A stretch of 64,000 bases of DNA from Microcoleus sp. (lineage in GTDB: Bacteria > Cyanobacteriota > Cyanobacteriia > Cyanobacteriales > Microcoleaceae): assembly GCA_042408215.1 (NCBI GenBank), contig JAYFMW010000020.1, forward strand, positions 608,001 through 672,000, read 5' to 3'. Below, in pieces: positions 63,706-64,000 of the stretch; the first letter of the stretch is position 1, and each line of letters begins with the position of its first letter. A model generated the notes under the pieces. That model had not been told where the DNA came from and ran no database searches. It worked only from the letters and a program-made list of their open reading frames with translations. The position numbers and the translations under genes were made by a program.

Positions 63706-63824
63706 CGCTTTTTCCTCAACTCTTGTTCTATTATGGCAGATTGTCCGGTGATGTCCGGCGAATTTGTTATTTAGTTATGACTCTTGATTTGCGATCGATT
63801 ATTCAGCAAGCCGTTCCATTAAAC

Positions 63825-63998
63825 TTACCCATAGTTACCCAAGTCTAGACTTATCTGGACATAAGTGCTTTTGGTGTTAACTTCCTGTTTCACAGTAGCG
63901 ACAGCATGACTGCTATCGGGTTTGTCTACTCCCCAGGCTGACACGGTGGAACTCACCGCCAATTCTGAACGTTCTGGAATAAATATTCCTTCAAACCA
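63825..63998 (-). CDS. Probable 3' end of a gene entering from the right edge
   Basis: Open frame WFEGIFIPERSELAVSS...LGNYG*; identity not recognisable. Confidence 0.4.
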   Translation of the reverse strand, partial: WFEGIFIPERSELAVSSTVSAWGVDKPDSSHAVATVKQEVNTKSTYVQISLDLGNYG

Positions 63999-64000
63999 AC

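Larger units (their letters stand above)
62000..63790 (-). mobile_element. IS607-family element (serine-recombinase tnpA + tnpB), both genes damaged; ends approximate
   Basis: Overlapping tnpA/tnpB; short CCGGACA motifs at both ends in inverted orientation (about 62057 and 63743-63758). Confidence 0.85.

Overview
Filamentous cyanobacterial chromosome segment. The abundant HIP1 GCGATCGC octamers, heptamer STRR tracts and short dispersed repeats suggest an Oscillatoriales genome of the Microcoleus/Tychonema type; this assignment is inferred, not searched. Housekeeping and conserved genes (alaS, pyrG, EF-G paralogue, glsA, petP, ppk2/pap, coaT-coaR cobalt module, cutA, ABC transporters) alternate with accessory loci. 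These are: (i) a TPR-CHAT protease + small protein + 2-TM protein triad resembling a caspase-based conflict system; (ii) a coiled-coil / longin-roadblock-like-TM-BON-OmpA / Rab-like GTPase operon running into an adenylate cyclase and histidine kinases; (iii) a decaying sulfotransferase + DUF4347/Ig/RTX adhesin locus; (iv) three TnpB-carrying elements, namely one IS605-type with intact tnpB splitting a host gene, one dead IS605-type inside an Rpn pseudogene, and one IS607 with a long overlapping frame. Repeats are dense and include nested MITE-like elements, tandem arrays, and repeats inserted in-frame into proteins including AlaS. No CRISPR array, rRNA or tRNA was recognised.
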